37,690 nt of DNA, from positions 1-37,690 of the forward strand of contig JAJBBL010000052.1 of assembly GCA_020532365.1 (NCBI GenBank), given 5' to 3'. The DNA is from Candidatus Cloacimonadota bacterium (GTDB lineage: Bacteria; Cloacimonadota; Cloacimonadia; Cloacimonadales; JAJBBL01). Below are positions 17,018 through 25,708 of the stretch, piece after piece. The translations under genes and the position numbers were made by a program. The notes under the pieces were generated by a model that was not told the origin of the DNA, searched no databases, and saw only the letters and a program-made list of their open reading frames with translations. The stretch's first letter is position 1, and the number at the start of each line of letters is the position of its first letter.

Positions 17018-17222
17018 TATTCCTATAGGATGAAGGGAAAATTAAGTCTGTTTTAAGCCGACAATTTTGCTCTTTATTTCGGTGTTGTTTTAACGTGAAA
17101 GACAGAGGTATTTAGCGTGGTTTTTAATGGGGTGGTATTTTGGTAGTGTTGCTTCCAAATTATCTCAATAGGTTGGCAAAGATGTTTGGTTAATATTAGA
17201 AGTTATTGCTGAAAGTGGATAA

Positions 17223-18137
17223 CTAATCTTCTTTTTTCTTATTCCTGGGGTGTGCTTGCTGATATGTTTTAATGAGGTCGCTATTTGAGATATGAGTATA
17301 GACCTCTGTTGTAGAGGGGTTATTGTGTCCCATCATTTGTTGGATAGCTCTCAAATCAGCCCCTCTGGAAAGGAGGTGGGTGGCAAAAGAGTGTCTTATT
17401 GCGTGAGGCGAATATCCATTTGTTCGAGCTATCAAATTGATGTACCTTCTCAAAATCACCCTTATTTCTGAAGGCTCTAAAGGTTGCCCACTCTTAGAGA
17501 GGAAAACAGAGTCGTCACTCAGCTCCGTGAGGAACTGATGTCTAATATCGAGGTAGTGGTGCAGTGATTCCAAAGCGTATTTACCTATGGGTATGACTCT
17601 TGTTTTATTTCCTTTACCGTGCACTCTAATGTATTTAGCGGTCATAGAAATGTCTTTCATATGACATCCTGCGACTTCAGAGATACGTAGTCCGGAGGAA
17701 TACATCAGTTCTAAAATAGCTCTATTTCTTACTCCAAACTTGGAGCTGAGGTCTGGTATTTTAAGGAGCTGGCTCATCTCTTTTTCCGTAAAGTATTTCG
17801 GTAATTTTTTCTCAACTTTGGGAAGGGCGAGATTATAGAGCGGATTTTTCTCAATGTATCCACGTTTCAGGGCGTACTTAAAGAAGTTTCTAAAGACCGT
17901 AGTTTTACGTGACAGAGTTCTATTTGTTCTTTTATTGAGGCTAAGTTCTTGAAGGTAGTCCCTGATCATCAGCTTGTTTACACCATTAAGGTTCACTTCT
18001 CCGTCGGGAAAGTATTTTGAAATGTATTCAAAGAGAAGTTCTAAGTCGCTGATATATGCTCTGATGGTATGTTGTGATGCTTGAGAGGCAACTAATTGTG
18101 CTTTATATTCTTGAATAATAGTGTTTAGCATCATCAA
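17223..18137 (-). CDS. Tyrosine recombinase, XerC/XerD family
   Basis: N-terminal SAM-like core-binding domain (TIRAYISDLELLFEY). Catalytic residues in SGLRISEV, HAIRHSFATHL and GHNNPSTTEVYTH. Confidence 0.85.
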   Translation of the reverse strand: MMMLNTIIQEYKAQLVASQASQHTIRAYISDLELLFEYISKYFPDGEVNLNGVNKLMIRDYLQELSLNKRTNRTLSRKTTVFRNFFKYALKRGYIEKNPLYNLALPKVEKKLPKYFTEKEMSQLLKIPDLSSKFGVRNRAILELMYSSGLRISEVAGCHMKDISMTAKYIRVHGKGNKTRVIPIGKYALESLHHYLDIRHQFLTELSDDSVFLSKSGQPLEPSEIRVILRRYINLIARTNGYSPHAIRHSFATHLLSRGADLRAIQQMMGHNNPSTTEVYTHISNSDLIKTYQQAHPRNKKKED

Positions 18138-18335
18138 CCTCCTCTGCGGTAATACTATTTTATTTTGAATTACGCTGTAGAGATGTCAACAAGAATATTG
18201 TTGTTCTTCAGTCAAATAGGGTAGAGGTTGACCTCTCGCATCAGATTATTTTTCATGTTTAACAACGTCGCTCTTGACAAAGTAGACTTAGAATTAAATA
18301 CTGGAATCCTTATCAAAACAAAGGAGAAATCATCG

Positions 18336-19340
18336 TTGGCAAGAAAGAAAAACAAAAGGATGCCCCACGAGCCAATCGTGGAATATATGCGGAGAGACCA
18401 GACGTCCATCGACGTTAATCTAACCGTTCAAGAAGCTCTCGATTACATAAGAAATAACGTTGAAAATGACCGCATCGTTTATTTTTATATCGTAGATGAA
18501 ATCAAAACTTTGTTGGGTGTCGTATCAACAAGAAAACTGTTAACTTCTCCGTTAGACGTTCAATTGAAAGACATAATGGATACCCAAATCAAGACTATTC
18601 CACTCGATGCTAATGTTATGGACGTATGGACTGAATTTATCGTTCACAAATATTTAGCTATGCCTGTTGTTGACGGGATGGGTAGACTTATTGGTGTAGT
18701 AGATATCAATATGTTTACCGATAGTGTTGGGGATGTCTTAGAGCGTGATAAAACTGATGAAGTTTTCGAGCTTATTGGATACAAACTATCAGAGGTAGAA
18801 AACGCTTCCGTGTTCAGAATCTTTCGTTTCCGTTTCCCTTGGCTTTTGGCCACAATTACAAGCGGTATTCTCTGTGCACTGATGGCGAGTAGGTTTGAGC
18901 TTGTTCTTTCTAAGAGCATCATCTTATCCTTCTTCCTGACCTTAGTCTTAGGTCTTGGAGAGAGTGTTAGTACTCAGTCTATGACAGTAACTATTCAGAC
19001 TTTGCGTAATATTCAACCGACTTTAGCGGGGTATTTCCAATCTCTTTTTAAGGAGCTTAGAACAGGTATTCTGCTTGGTTTAGCAAGTGGGTTAACAGTA
19101 GCGACAGCGATAGTTATTTGGCAAGGCTTTGCCTTAGGCTTTTTCCCAGGTATAACCATTGGGATCAGTATCTTCTTAAATATATCTGCCGCTTGTGTGA
19201 TCGGGTTGAGCGTACCTTACTTCCTTCACCTAATGAAACTCGACTTAAGAATTGCTTCTGGACCGCTAACACTCGGCTTAGCTGACCTTTTTACAGTGCT
19301 CAGTTATATGACAGTTGCACTAATCATCTTAGGTCATTAA
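18336..19340 (+). CDS. mgtE: MgtE-like divalent-cation transporter (CBS pair plus MgtE membrane domain, no MgtE N-domain)
   Basis: CBS-pair region (VVSTRKLL..., AMPVVDGMGRLIGVVDI) is followed by a 5-TM MgtE-type domain. The start is uncertain. TTG 18336 has AAGGAG 9 nt upstream; the alternatives are ATG 18360 and the track's 18228. Confidence 0.7.
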   Translation: MARKKNKRMPHEPIVEYMRRDQTSIDVNLTVQEALDYIRNNVENDRIVYFYIVDEIKTLLGVVSTRKLLTSPLDVQLKDIMDTQIKTIPLDANVMDVWTEFIVHKYLAMPVVDGMGRLIGVVDINMFTDSVGDVLERDKTDEVFELIGYKLSEVENASVFRIFRFRFPWLLATITSGILCALMASRFELVLSKSIILSFFLTLVLGLGESVSTQSMTVTIQTLRNIQPTLAGYFQSLFKELRTGILLGLASGLTVATAIVIWQGFALGFFPGITIGISIFLNISAACVIGLSVPYFLHLMKLDLRIASGPLTLGLADLFTVLSYMTVALIILGH

Positions 19341-19341
19341 A

Positions 19342-19950
19342 TCAGTAAAACAAATCAGTTTTGATAAGCTTGTAGGAGATCATTCCGGAACTTTGAATAC
19401 TACTTAAGTATTCCTCGCCGTTATCTTTGGCATCGGATGAAATTATCAGAGTGATCTCCTTCAAGTACTCAGTAGAGAGTATTTCAAAGTTAAGCTCTGT
19501 TAGGTTATATTTTAGTCTATCAAAGTTCTGATAGCTGGTCACAACCTCAAAGAAATCTTTTAGTTTAATCTCTTGCAGAGGGGTGTTTTCCACAGTCTTT
19601 TCTGCGATATAGGAGTAGGCGTCTATAAGCCCTCTAATCCCTAATTTAGTGCCGCCAAAATAGCGGGTTACAACTAAAGCACAGTTAGTCAGCTCATATT
19701 TAAGCATTGCACCATGTATTGGTTTTCCAGCCGTACCAGAGGGTTCTCCGGCATCTGAATAATGAAAAGTTTCCCCTTTGATTCCGACTATATAAGCCCA
19801 GCAGTTGTGAGTGGCTGTTTTATGCTCTTCACTCACTTTTGAGATGAACTCTTTGGCTTCGTCCATCGAAGAGACATACTCGATACTCCCTATAAACCGA
19901 GATTTTCTAATATGCTCTTCGAAAGTAGCGCTTTTTGCTGGAGCAAACAT
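19342..19950 (-). CDS. yigZ: YigZ / IMPACT (UPF0029) family protein
   Basis: IRKSRFIG, ATHNCWAY, YSDAGEPSGTAGKPI and VVVTRYFGGTKLG are the hallmarks of YigZ. Confidence 0.8.
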   Translation of the reverse strand: MFAPAKSATFEEHIRKSRFIGSIEYVSSMDEAKEFISKVSEEHKTATHNCWAYIVGIKGETFHYSDAGEPSGTAGKPIHGAMLKYELTNCALVVTRYFGGTKLGIRGLIDAYSYIAEKTVENTPLQEIKLKDFFEVVTSYQNFDRLKYNLTELNFEILSTEYLKEITLIISSDAKDNGEEYLSSIQSSGMISYKLIKTDLFY

Positions 19951-19958
19951 TTTATAAT

Positions 19959-22900
19959 CTAAACCTCAGTCTGGTCGACTTTTCTTTTCTCTTCAGCCTG
20001 ATGAAGGTAATGCCAGACGTATTCAGTGGCGATGTTTACCTCGTCGCTAAGCTCATTCGAAGAGAGGGGAAGCTTAATCTTTTCACTGTCCAACACTTTA
20101 GAGGGCATGGCTTTTAGAAAGAACTTCTCTGTCTTTGCTAACCAAACAGAAGGTTCTGTCTTTTCTATAGTTATCAGCCCTGATTCGTAGAGTATTTGTA
20201 GCAGTGTGGGGAAGATGGGTGACTTTTCTGGATTATAATAGTGGTTTAATCTATTATCGTCAGATAAAGATGTTCCCTCCATTTTCAGGTAGCTCGGCTT
20301 CGGTAGAATTAGGTCAGCCGGGTAGTCATCTGTGTAGTGTGTATCTATAGCGACGGTGTAGTTACCCTTTTCCACATCTAACTTTTGGATAAGTCTTTCA
20401 CCACAGTTAAGCACAAAGGTGTTTTCGAGTGGGAGTTCTGGATTAAACTCTATGTCTAAGAGTCTAAGGGCGTTGATGTTTGACCAGTCTGAAGTCTCCA
20501 ATACCCCTGAGCCTTGTCCAAAATCGCAAACACTTAAGGCTAAGCTCCAGATGTCATAAATCTCTTTCTCACTAATCTTATTTCGGTTGTAGATAAACAC
20601 CGTTTTCTGTGGAAGAGTAAAGGGAGCGTTAGTCAGATTAGAGATTTGAGCAGAAATAGCTGTATCATCGCCACTGAGTGCAAACTGTTTCATCTCTTGC
20701 AAGACACTGCTAAGATTATCTGTTTTAAAAAGATGGTTAGCAAACTTATTAAACTTCTTGTCGTTTTTGTTGATTAGAGTCATCTTTTTACCTTTAAGCT
20801 GCTGTGAACGACAGAGTACTCTAATTGTTTGACTTGTCTCACCTACAATAACGATATGCTCGGCGTCTTTGATTGATTTAAAAGAGAGATTGTTGGCATA
20901 TTCAGACAAAAAGTCGTCGGTAAATATTTTTTCACAGGTGGTAGTGGACAGTTTAACGTCCAATCTTTCAGCTATTTCTTTCATAAGCAATAGCTCTTCA
21001 TTGGTGTTGTGAGGTGATACGGTAACGACTTTATTTTTAGCTTTATCCAACTTATCCTTTAGAATGGAAGCAGCTCTACGCCAATCAATTTTAGCCCATC
21101 CATATTCAGTTTTAAGCATAGGCTCGTTAACACGGTAGTCGTGATGAAGCACTTCCCAACCAAACTTTCCATAGAAACAGATGTTTTTAAGATTAAAGTC
21201 TAACGTCTCAGGGTGTGTTATATAGGCAATATTGCCTAAAGATAAGCGGATTGATATCTTGCAACCGGTGCCACAGAACCCACAATTTTGGTCGACAACT
21301 GTATCTTCGAGAGGATACATCTTAATGACAGTGTTATTTTCAGTCAAAGCACCCGTAGGGCATACAGTTACACATTTACCGCACGATTCACAAGCTGTTT
21401 TCGTTAAGCTTTCACCAAATTCAGGCTTCACAACGGTCACAAAACCACGGTTAATATATCCCAAGACTCCGGGTCCTTGTATCTCCGAACAGGTTCTTAC
21501 ACAGAGCCCACAGTCTATACACTTGTTGGCGTCCCTAAGGATAAAGGGGTGTGAAATATCTTCAAAGTATTGGTTTTTAGTTCCAAAGAAGAGGGTATCA
21601 CCAACATCGTAGTCGGTAGCGTAGTCACGCAATGAACAGCGGTAATTCACCATACAGCCGCACTCTAAACAGCGTTCCGCTTCCTTTATCGCCTCATCTT
21701 CTGAAAAACCTATTTCGACCTCTTCAAAGTTATCTATCCTCATCTCAGCATCAAGCTCAGGCATTTGTACCCTATCCTCTTTTCTGAAGGTGGAGTACCA
21801 GAATTTTTCAGTCTCTTTCAGACTCTTAGCTTTACGGGATTGGAAAGGCTTTTTCGGTCTTAATTTATCATTAATACAGCCGTTCTGAAGGAAAACAGCA
21901 ATATTTTCAGCAGCTCTTCTACCGTCTGCAATTGCCTCTATGGCAGTTGAAGGACCGAGGCGGAAATCACCACCAGCAAATACGTTTTTCAGGCCTGTGA
22001 AGAGAAGCTCCTCGTCAACTTCAACTGTCGACCAGCGTGAGATAGGTATATTTTTTCCATCAATCCGATTGCTTGGGTCTGAAAATAGTTCGACTTCTGG
22101 TACTTGTGAAATAGCAGCGATAACTGTATCAAACAGTTCAATCTCATATTCACCGGTTGGCTCTGGCCTCTGTCTACCACTTGAGTCTGGAGCGCCAAGC
22201 CTCATTTTCTCGATCCTAACAGATCTTATACCCTTCTCATCTCCGATGTACTCTACAGGGCTGGATAGTATGTGTAATTTTATTCCTTCCTCTTCAGCGG
22301 CGACAATTTCGTAAGGTTCAGCGGGCATTTCTTTCCTGGTACGTCTGTAGATAATAGTCACCTCAGCACCGAGTCTCCTTGCAGTTCTGGCACAGTCTAT
22401 AGCAGTGTTACCACCACCTATCACGGCAACTTTCTTACCAGTTTTAATCTCTTTCCCAAGCATTATATCTTTCAGATAGTCAACGCCAAGGTATGAGCCT
22501 GGTAAGTCGGAGCCTTTGACGTGCATTGGTACTGCTTTTTGAGCACCTATAGCAAGATATACCGCATCATATTTATTCGATAGCTCTGGTAGAGTAAAAT
22601 CTTTCCCTAAAATCTTCTCAGTCTCGATTACCATCCCGTTAGAACACATCAGCTCTATCTCTCTTTCGAGAATTTCCTTTGGCAACCTGTACTCTGGGAT
22701 ACCGTAATATAGCCAGCCGCCTGGCTTTGGAGACGCTTCAAAAACAGTGACTTCATAACCCTTTTGAGAGAGATAGTATCCGCAAGTTAAACCTGAAGGG
22801 CCTGCACCGACAATAGCGATGTGTTTCCCTTTTAGGTCATCTTGAGGGTGTACATAAGACCAGTAGTCGTTCAGATCAGAGTCGGCAGCGTATCTTTTAA

Positions 22901-23399
22901 GCTGTCTTATAGCAATAGGCTCGTCGACTATTGTACGACGACATTCTTTTTCACAAAAAGCGGGGCATACCCTTCCTATTGAGAGTGGCATAGGCAGTGT
23001 ATCTTTAATGACTTTGACCGCTTCGTGTTGCTGATTATTGGCAATGAGGGCTACATATGACTGTACATCCACTTGACCCGGACAGGCCAATTTACAAGGT
23101 GCTTCACAGTCGGCATAGTGGTCAGAGAGCAGTAGTTCTAAAGCCATCCTTCTTGCATTATGTATCTCTTCGGAGTCGGTTGTTATAACCATATTAGGTT
23201 CGATAGTGGTGCCACAAGAGGTTACAAAACCTTTTTTCCCTTCGACTTTTACTGAGCAGACCCAGCAAGAACCGTAAGGCTTCAACTCTTCATCGTGGCA
23301 GAGGGTAGGTATTTTAATTCCATACTCTTTAGCAACTTCAAGGATAGTCATCCCTTTACGTGCTTCTATTTCTTTACCGTTAAGTGTAATCTTTATCAT
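19959..23399 (-). CDS. Large multidomain Fe-S flavoprotein: NuoG-type 2Fe-2S, GltD/NfnB/SfrB-like NAD(P)H-FAD module, 4Fe-4S clusters and a truncated molybdopterin-oxidoreductase-like domain
   Basis: CHDEELKPYGSCWVCSV (2Fe-2S); CKLACPG...CPAFCEKEC (GltD Fe-S); IAIVGAGPSGL and VAVIGGGNTAIDCA (two Rossmann folds). Then HPFILRDANKCIDCGLCVRTC, CESCGKCVTVCPTGAL and NCGFCGTGC (Mop 4Fe-4S). The start is moved to ATG 23399 (AAAGAGG upstream), which removes the 23-nt overlap with the upstream gene. Confidence 0.8.
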   Translation of the reverse strand: MIKITLNGKEIEARKGMTILEVAKEYGIKIPTLCHDEELKPYGSCWVCSVKVEGKKGFVTSCGTTIEPNMVITTDSEEIHNARRMALELLLSDHYADCEAPCKLACPGQVDVQSYVALIANNQQHEAVKVIKDTLPMPLSIGRVCPAFCEKECRRTIVDEPIAIRQLKRYAADSDLNDYWSYVHPQDDLKGKHIAIVGAGPSGLTCGYYLSQKGYEVTVFEASPKPGGWLYYGIPEYRLPKEILEREIELMCSNGMVIETEKILGKDFTLPELSNKYDAVYLAIGAQKAVPMHVKGSDLPGSYLGVDYLKDIMLGKEIKTGKKVAVIGGGNTAIDCARTARRLGAEVTIIYRRTRKEMPAEPYEIVAAEEEGIKLHILSSPVEYIGDEKGIRSVRIEKMRLGAPDSSGRQRPEPTGEYEIELFDTVIAAISQVPEVELFSDPSNRIDGKNIPISRWSTVEVDEELLFTGLKNVFAGGDFRLGPSTAIEAIADGRRAAENIAVFLQNGCINDKLRPKKPFQSRKAKSLKETEKFWYSTFRKEDRVQMPELDAEMRIDNFEEVEIGFSEDEAIKEAERCLECGCMVNYRCSLRDYATDYDVGDTLFFGTKNQYFEDISHPFILRDANKCIDCGLCVRTCSEIQGPGVLGYINRGFVTVVKPEFGESLTKTACESCGKCVTVCPTGALTENNTVIKMYPLEDTVVDQNCGFCGTGCKISIRLSLGNIAYITHPETLDFNLKNICFYGKFGWEVLHHDYRVNEPMLKTEYGWAKIDWRRAASILKDKLDKAKNKVVTVSPHNTNEELLLMKEIAERLDVKLSTTTCEKIFTDDFLSEYANNLSFKSIKDAEHIVIVGETSQTIRVLCRSQQLKGKKMTLINKNDKKFNKFANHLFKTDNLSSVLQEMKQFALSGDDTAISAQISNLTNAPFTLPQKTVFIYNRNKISEKEIYDIWSLALSVCDFGQGSGVLETSDWSNINALRLLDIEFNPELPLENTFVLNCGERLIQKLDVEKGNYTVAIDTHYTDDYPADLILPKPSYLKMEGTSLSDDNRLNHYYNPEKSPIFPTLLQILYESGLITIEKTEPSVWLAKTEKFFLKAMPSKVLDSEKIKLPLSSNELSDEVNIATEYVWHYLHQAEEKRKVDQTEV

Positions 23400-23412
23400 T
23401 ATTTTGCCTCTT

Positions 23413-25185
23413 TTACTGTTTAGTGATTGCCGCAAACTTACAGGACTCGTAACAGATTCCGCACTTGATACACATATCTTGATTTATAATGTGTACTTCA
23501 CGCGCTTTGCCGTCAATTGCGTTAGTGGGGCATTTTCTGGCGCAAACTGTGCAACCGATACATTTATCGGGTAAAATATTGTATTCAACCAGGTTGGTGC
23601 AGACACCGGCAGGACACCTTTGGTCGAGAATATGTGTAAGATACTCATCCTTAAAATAACGTAGAGTAGTCAGCACTGGGTTTGGTGCAGATTGACCTAA
23701 GCCACATAGCGACCCTTTCTTTATATTGTTAGAAAGGCTCTCTAAAAGGTCAATATCGCTCATTTTACCTTTGCCTTCACATATTTTGGTCAGTATTTCC
23801 AGCATCCTTTTAGTGCCTACTCTACAGAAGGTGCATTTGCCGCACGATTCATTTTGAGTAAAGTTAAGGAAAAACTTGGCCACATCAACTATACAAGTGG
23901 TTTCATCCATTACAACTAATCCACCAGACCCCATTATAGCCCCTTTGTCGACAAGAGAATCATAGTCAACCGGTGTGTCGAGTAAAGACTCGGGCAAACA
24001 GCCCCCTGAAGGGCCACCTAATTGCACAGCTTTGAGAGGGCTGTCAGTTTTCATTCCACCGCCAACTTCGTAAATCACTTCACGGAGTGTAGTACCCATT
24101 GGAACCTCTATTAGCCCACTATTTTTGATTTTGCCAGCTAAAGCAAACACCTTTGTTCCTTTGCTCTCTTCAGTGCCATACTTAGCAAACTCTTCACTGC
24201 CGTTAAGGATAATCCAAGCTACATTGGCAAGCGTTTCAACATTATTGATATTTGTCGGGTTGCCCCAGAGTCCGGACTCTGATGGATATGGTGGTCTAAC
24301 GTTTGGCATCCCTCTTTTACCTTCAATTGAGGCCATCAGAGCAGTCTCTTCACCGCATACAAATGCGCCTGCGCCTTCCTTTATATGGAGGGTGAAACTG
24401 AAAGGGGTATTCAGTATGTTTTTGCCTATAAATCCAGCTTTCTCAGCTTTATCAATAGCAATTTTAAGGTGCTCTATAGCAAGTGGGTATTCAGCCCTTA
24501 CGTAGATATACCCTTCATCGGCACCAATCGCATAAGCTGCTATAAGCATCCCTTCAATAACGCTGTGAGGGTCAGCCTCCAACACGCTTCTGTCCATAAA
24601 AGCACCCGGATCACCTTCATCGGCGTTACAGACTACAAATTTTTTATCCCCTTTGGCTATATGAGCAAACTCCCATTTCTTACCAGTAGAGAATCCAGCA
24701 CCGCCACGCCCCCTAAGCCCAGACGCTTTCATTTCTTCTATAACCTGTATTGGCTTCATTTTAAGAAGTGTTTTCTCAAGTGCTTTATAACCATTTCTGT
24801 TCAGATAGTCGTCTAAAGAGGTAGGTTCTATAATACCGACATTTCTGAGGACGATTCTCTTCTGTTTTGAGTAGTTTTGGTTCTCGATACCGGTCTTAGC
24901 AGAATTCAGTATTACGTTTTTGGTTATAGGGCTGTTATCTAAGTAAGCCTCTATGATTCCATTGACCTCTTCCGGCGTAACGTTGCCATACAGGGTGTAC
25001 AGCCCTTTCTCGTCGAGTATTTCTACCAAAGGTTCGACAGAGCAATACCCAAAGCAACCAACCTCTTTCAGTTCGGCTTTGCCGCTCTTAACTGCATCAG
25101 ATTCCTTCAATGCTTCCAGTACTTGATTAGCCCCAGCTGCTAACCCGCAGCTTCCTAATCCGACTTTAACTGTTAATCTTGCCAA
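23413..25185 (-). CDS. NuoF/HydB-like NADH-binding FMN Fe-S subunit, with N-terminal thioredoxin-like 2Fe-2S and C-terminal 2x[4Fe-4S] domains
   Basis: GLRGRGGAGFSTGKKWEF (FMN/NADH site), ESCGKCTFCRVG (N3 cluster), CIGCTVCARKCP...CIKCGICYESC. TTG start with AAGGAG upstream. Confidence 0.9.
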   Translation of the reverse strand: MARLTVKVGLGSCGLAAGANQVLEALKESDAVKSGKAELKEVGCFGYCSVEPLVEILDEKGLYTLYGNVTPEEVNGIIEAYLDNSPITKNVILNSAKTGIENQNYSKQKRIVLRNVGIIEPTSLDDYLNRNGYKALEKTLLKMKPIQVIEEMKASGLRGRGGAGFSTGKKWEFAHIAKGDKKFVVCNADEGDPGAFMDRSVLEADPHSVIEGMLIAAYAIGADEGYIYVRAEYPLAIEHLKIAIDKAEKAGFIGKNILNTPFSFTLHIKEGAGAFVCGEETALMASIEGKRGMPNVRPPYPSESGLWGNPTNINNVETLANVAWIILNGSEEFAKYGTEESKGTKVFALAGKIKNSGLIEVPMGTTLREVIYEVGGGMKTDSPLKAVQLGGPSGGCLPESLLDTPVDYDSLVDKGAIMGSGGLVVMDETTCIVDVAKFFLNFTQNESCGKCTFCRVGTKRMLEILTKICEGKGKMSDIDLLESLSNNIKKGSLCGLGQSAPNPVLTTLRYFKDEYLTHILDQRCPAGVCTNLVEYNILPDKCIGCTVCARKCPTNAIDGKAREVHIINQDMCIKCGICYESCKFAAITKQ

Positions 25186-25231
25186 AATGTTCTCCTTTGT
25201 CCAAACTTGGCTTTAAAAATTATTTATATGC

Positions 25232-25687
25232 TTAATAGCTCGCCAATATCTCTGAAATCTTCTGTGGATCGAGCTTACCGTATGTCGTATTGTCTATCAT
25301 AATAACAGGCGCAAGACTGCAGCAGCCGAGACAGGCTACTTCAAATAGAGTGAATTTATTATCGGCAGTAGTGTCTTCACCCTCTTCTAAATCGAGTTCG
25401 TTCCTAAGAGTTGTCAAGATCAAGTCTGCATTTGAGACGTGACAAGCTGTTCCTTTACAAATTCTGATAGTGTGTTTTCCTTGTGGCTTTAGACGGAAAA
25501 CAGTGTAAAAGGTGGCTACACCAAAGATATCGGCTACTCCGATACCTGAAATATCTGAAACCATTTTCATAGTCTCTTTTGAGAGGTATCCCTCAAGCTC
25601 CTGAATCTCCTGCAACATAGGTATAAGTGACCCATTAACGAACTCATACTTAAAGATAATTCGTTCAAGTTGTTTTCTTAAATCCAT
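25232..25687 (-). CDS. NuoE/HydC-like thioredoxin-fold 2Fe-2S subunit
   Basis: 151 aa with CKGTACHV...ACLGCCSLAP cluster ligands. Confidence 0.9.
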   Translation of the reverse strand: MDLRKQLERIIFKYEFVNGSLIPMLQEIQELEGYLSKETMKMVSDISGIGVADIFGVATFYTVFRLKPQGKHTIRICKGTACHVSNADLILTTLRNELDLEEGEDTTADNKFTLFEVACLGCCSLAPVIMIDNTTYGKLDPQKISEILASY

Positions 25688-25708
25688 AATTAGACCTTTC
25701 CATTTTAC

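Noticed and set aside
18138-18335. Possible M-box (Mg2+) riboswitch upstream of the MgtE-like gene
   Set aside because: The leader is too short and too AT-rich. I could not find the conserved GC-rich multi-helix core, only a trivial AGAG/CTCT hairpin.
21232-22314. Plus-strand ORFs of 126 and 124 aa (21232-21612, 21940-22314), plus a minus-strand 69-aa ORF in a different frame, all inside the large Fe-S flavoprotein gene
   Set aside because: They lie entirely within a 3.4-kb gene whose frame carries many conserved cofactor motifs. They have no independent start signals and are most likely shadow ORFs.
23413-23435. Apparent 23-nt overlap between the NuoF-like gene and the large subunit ORF
   Set aside because: This is an artefact of taking the longest ORF. 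ATG 23399 has AAAGAGG at proper spacing and begins exactly at the conserved MIKITLNG 2Fe-2S domain.
24125-24816. Two overlapping plus-strand ORFs (126 and 143 aa) inside the NuoF-like gene
   Set aside because: Same reasoning: they are antisense to a highly conserved gene, with no ribosome-binding site and no recognisable motifs.
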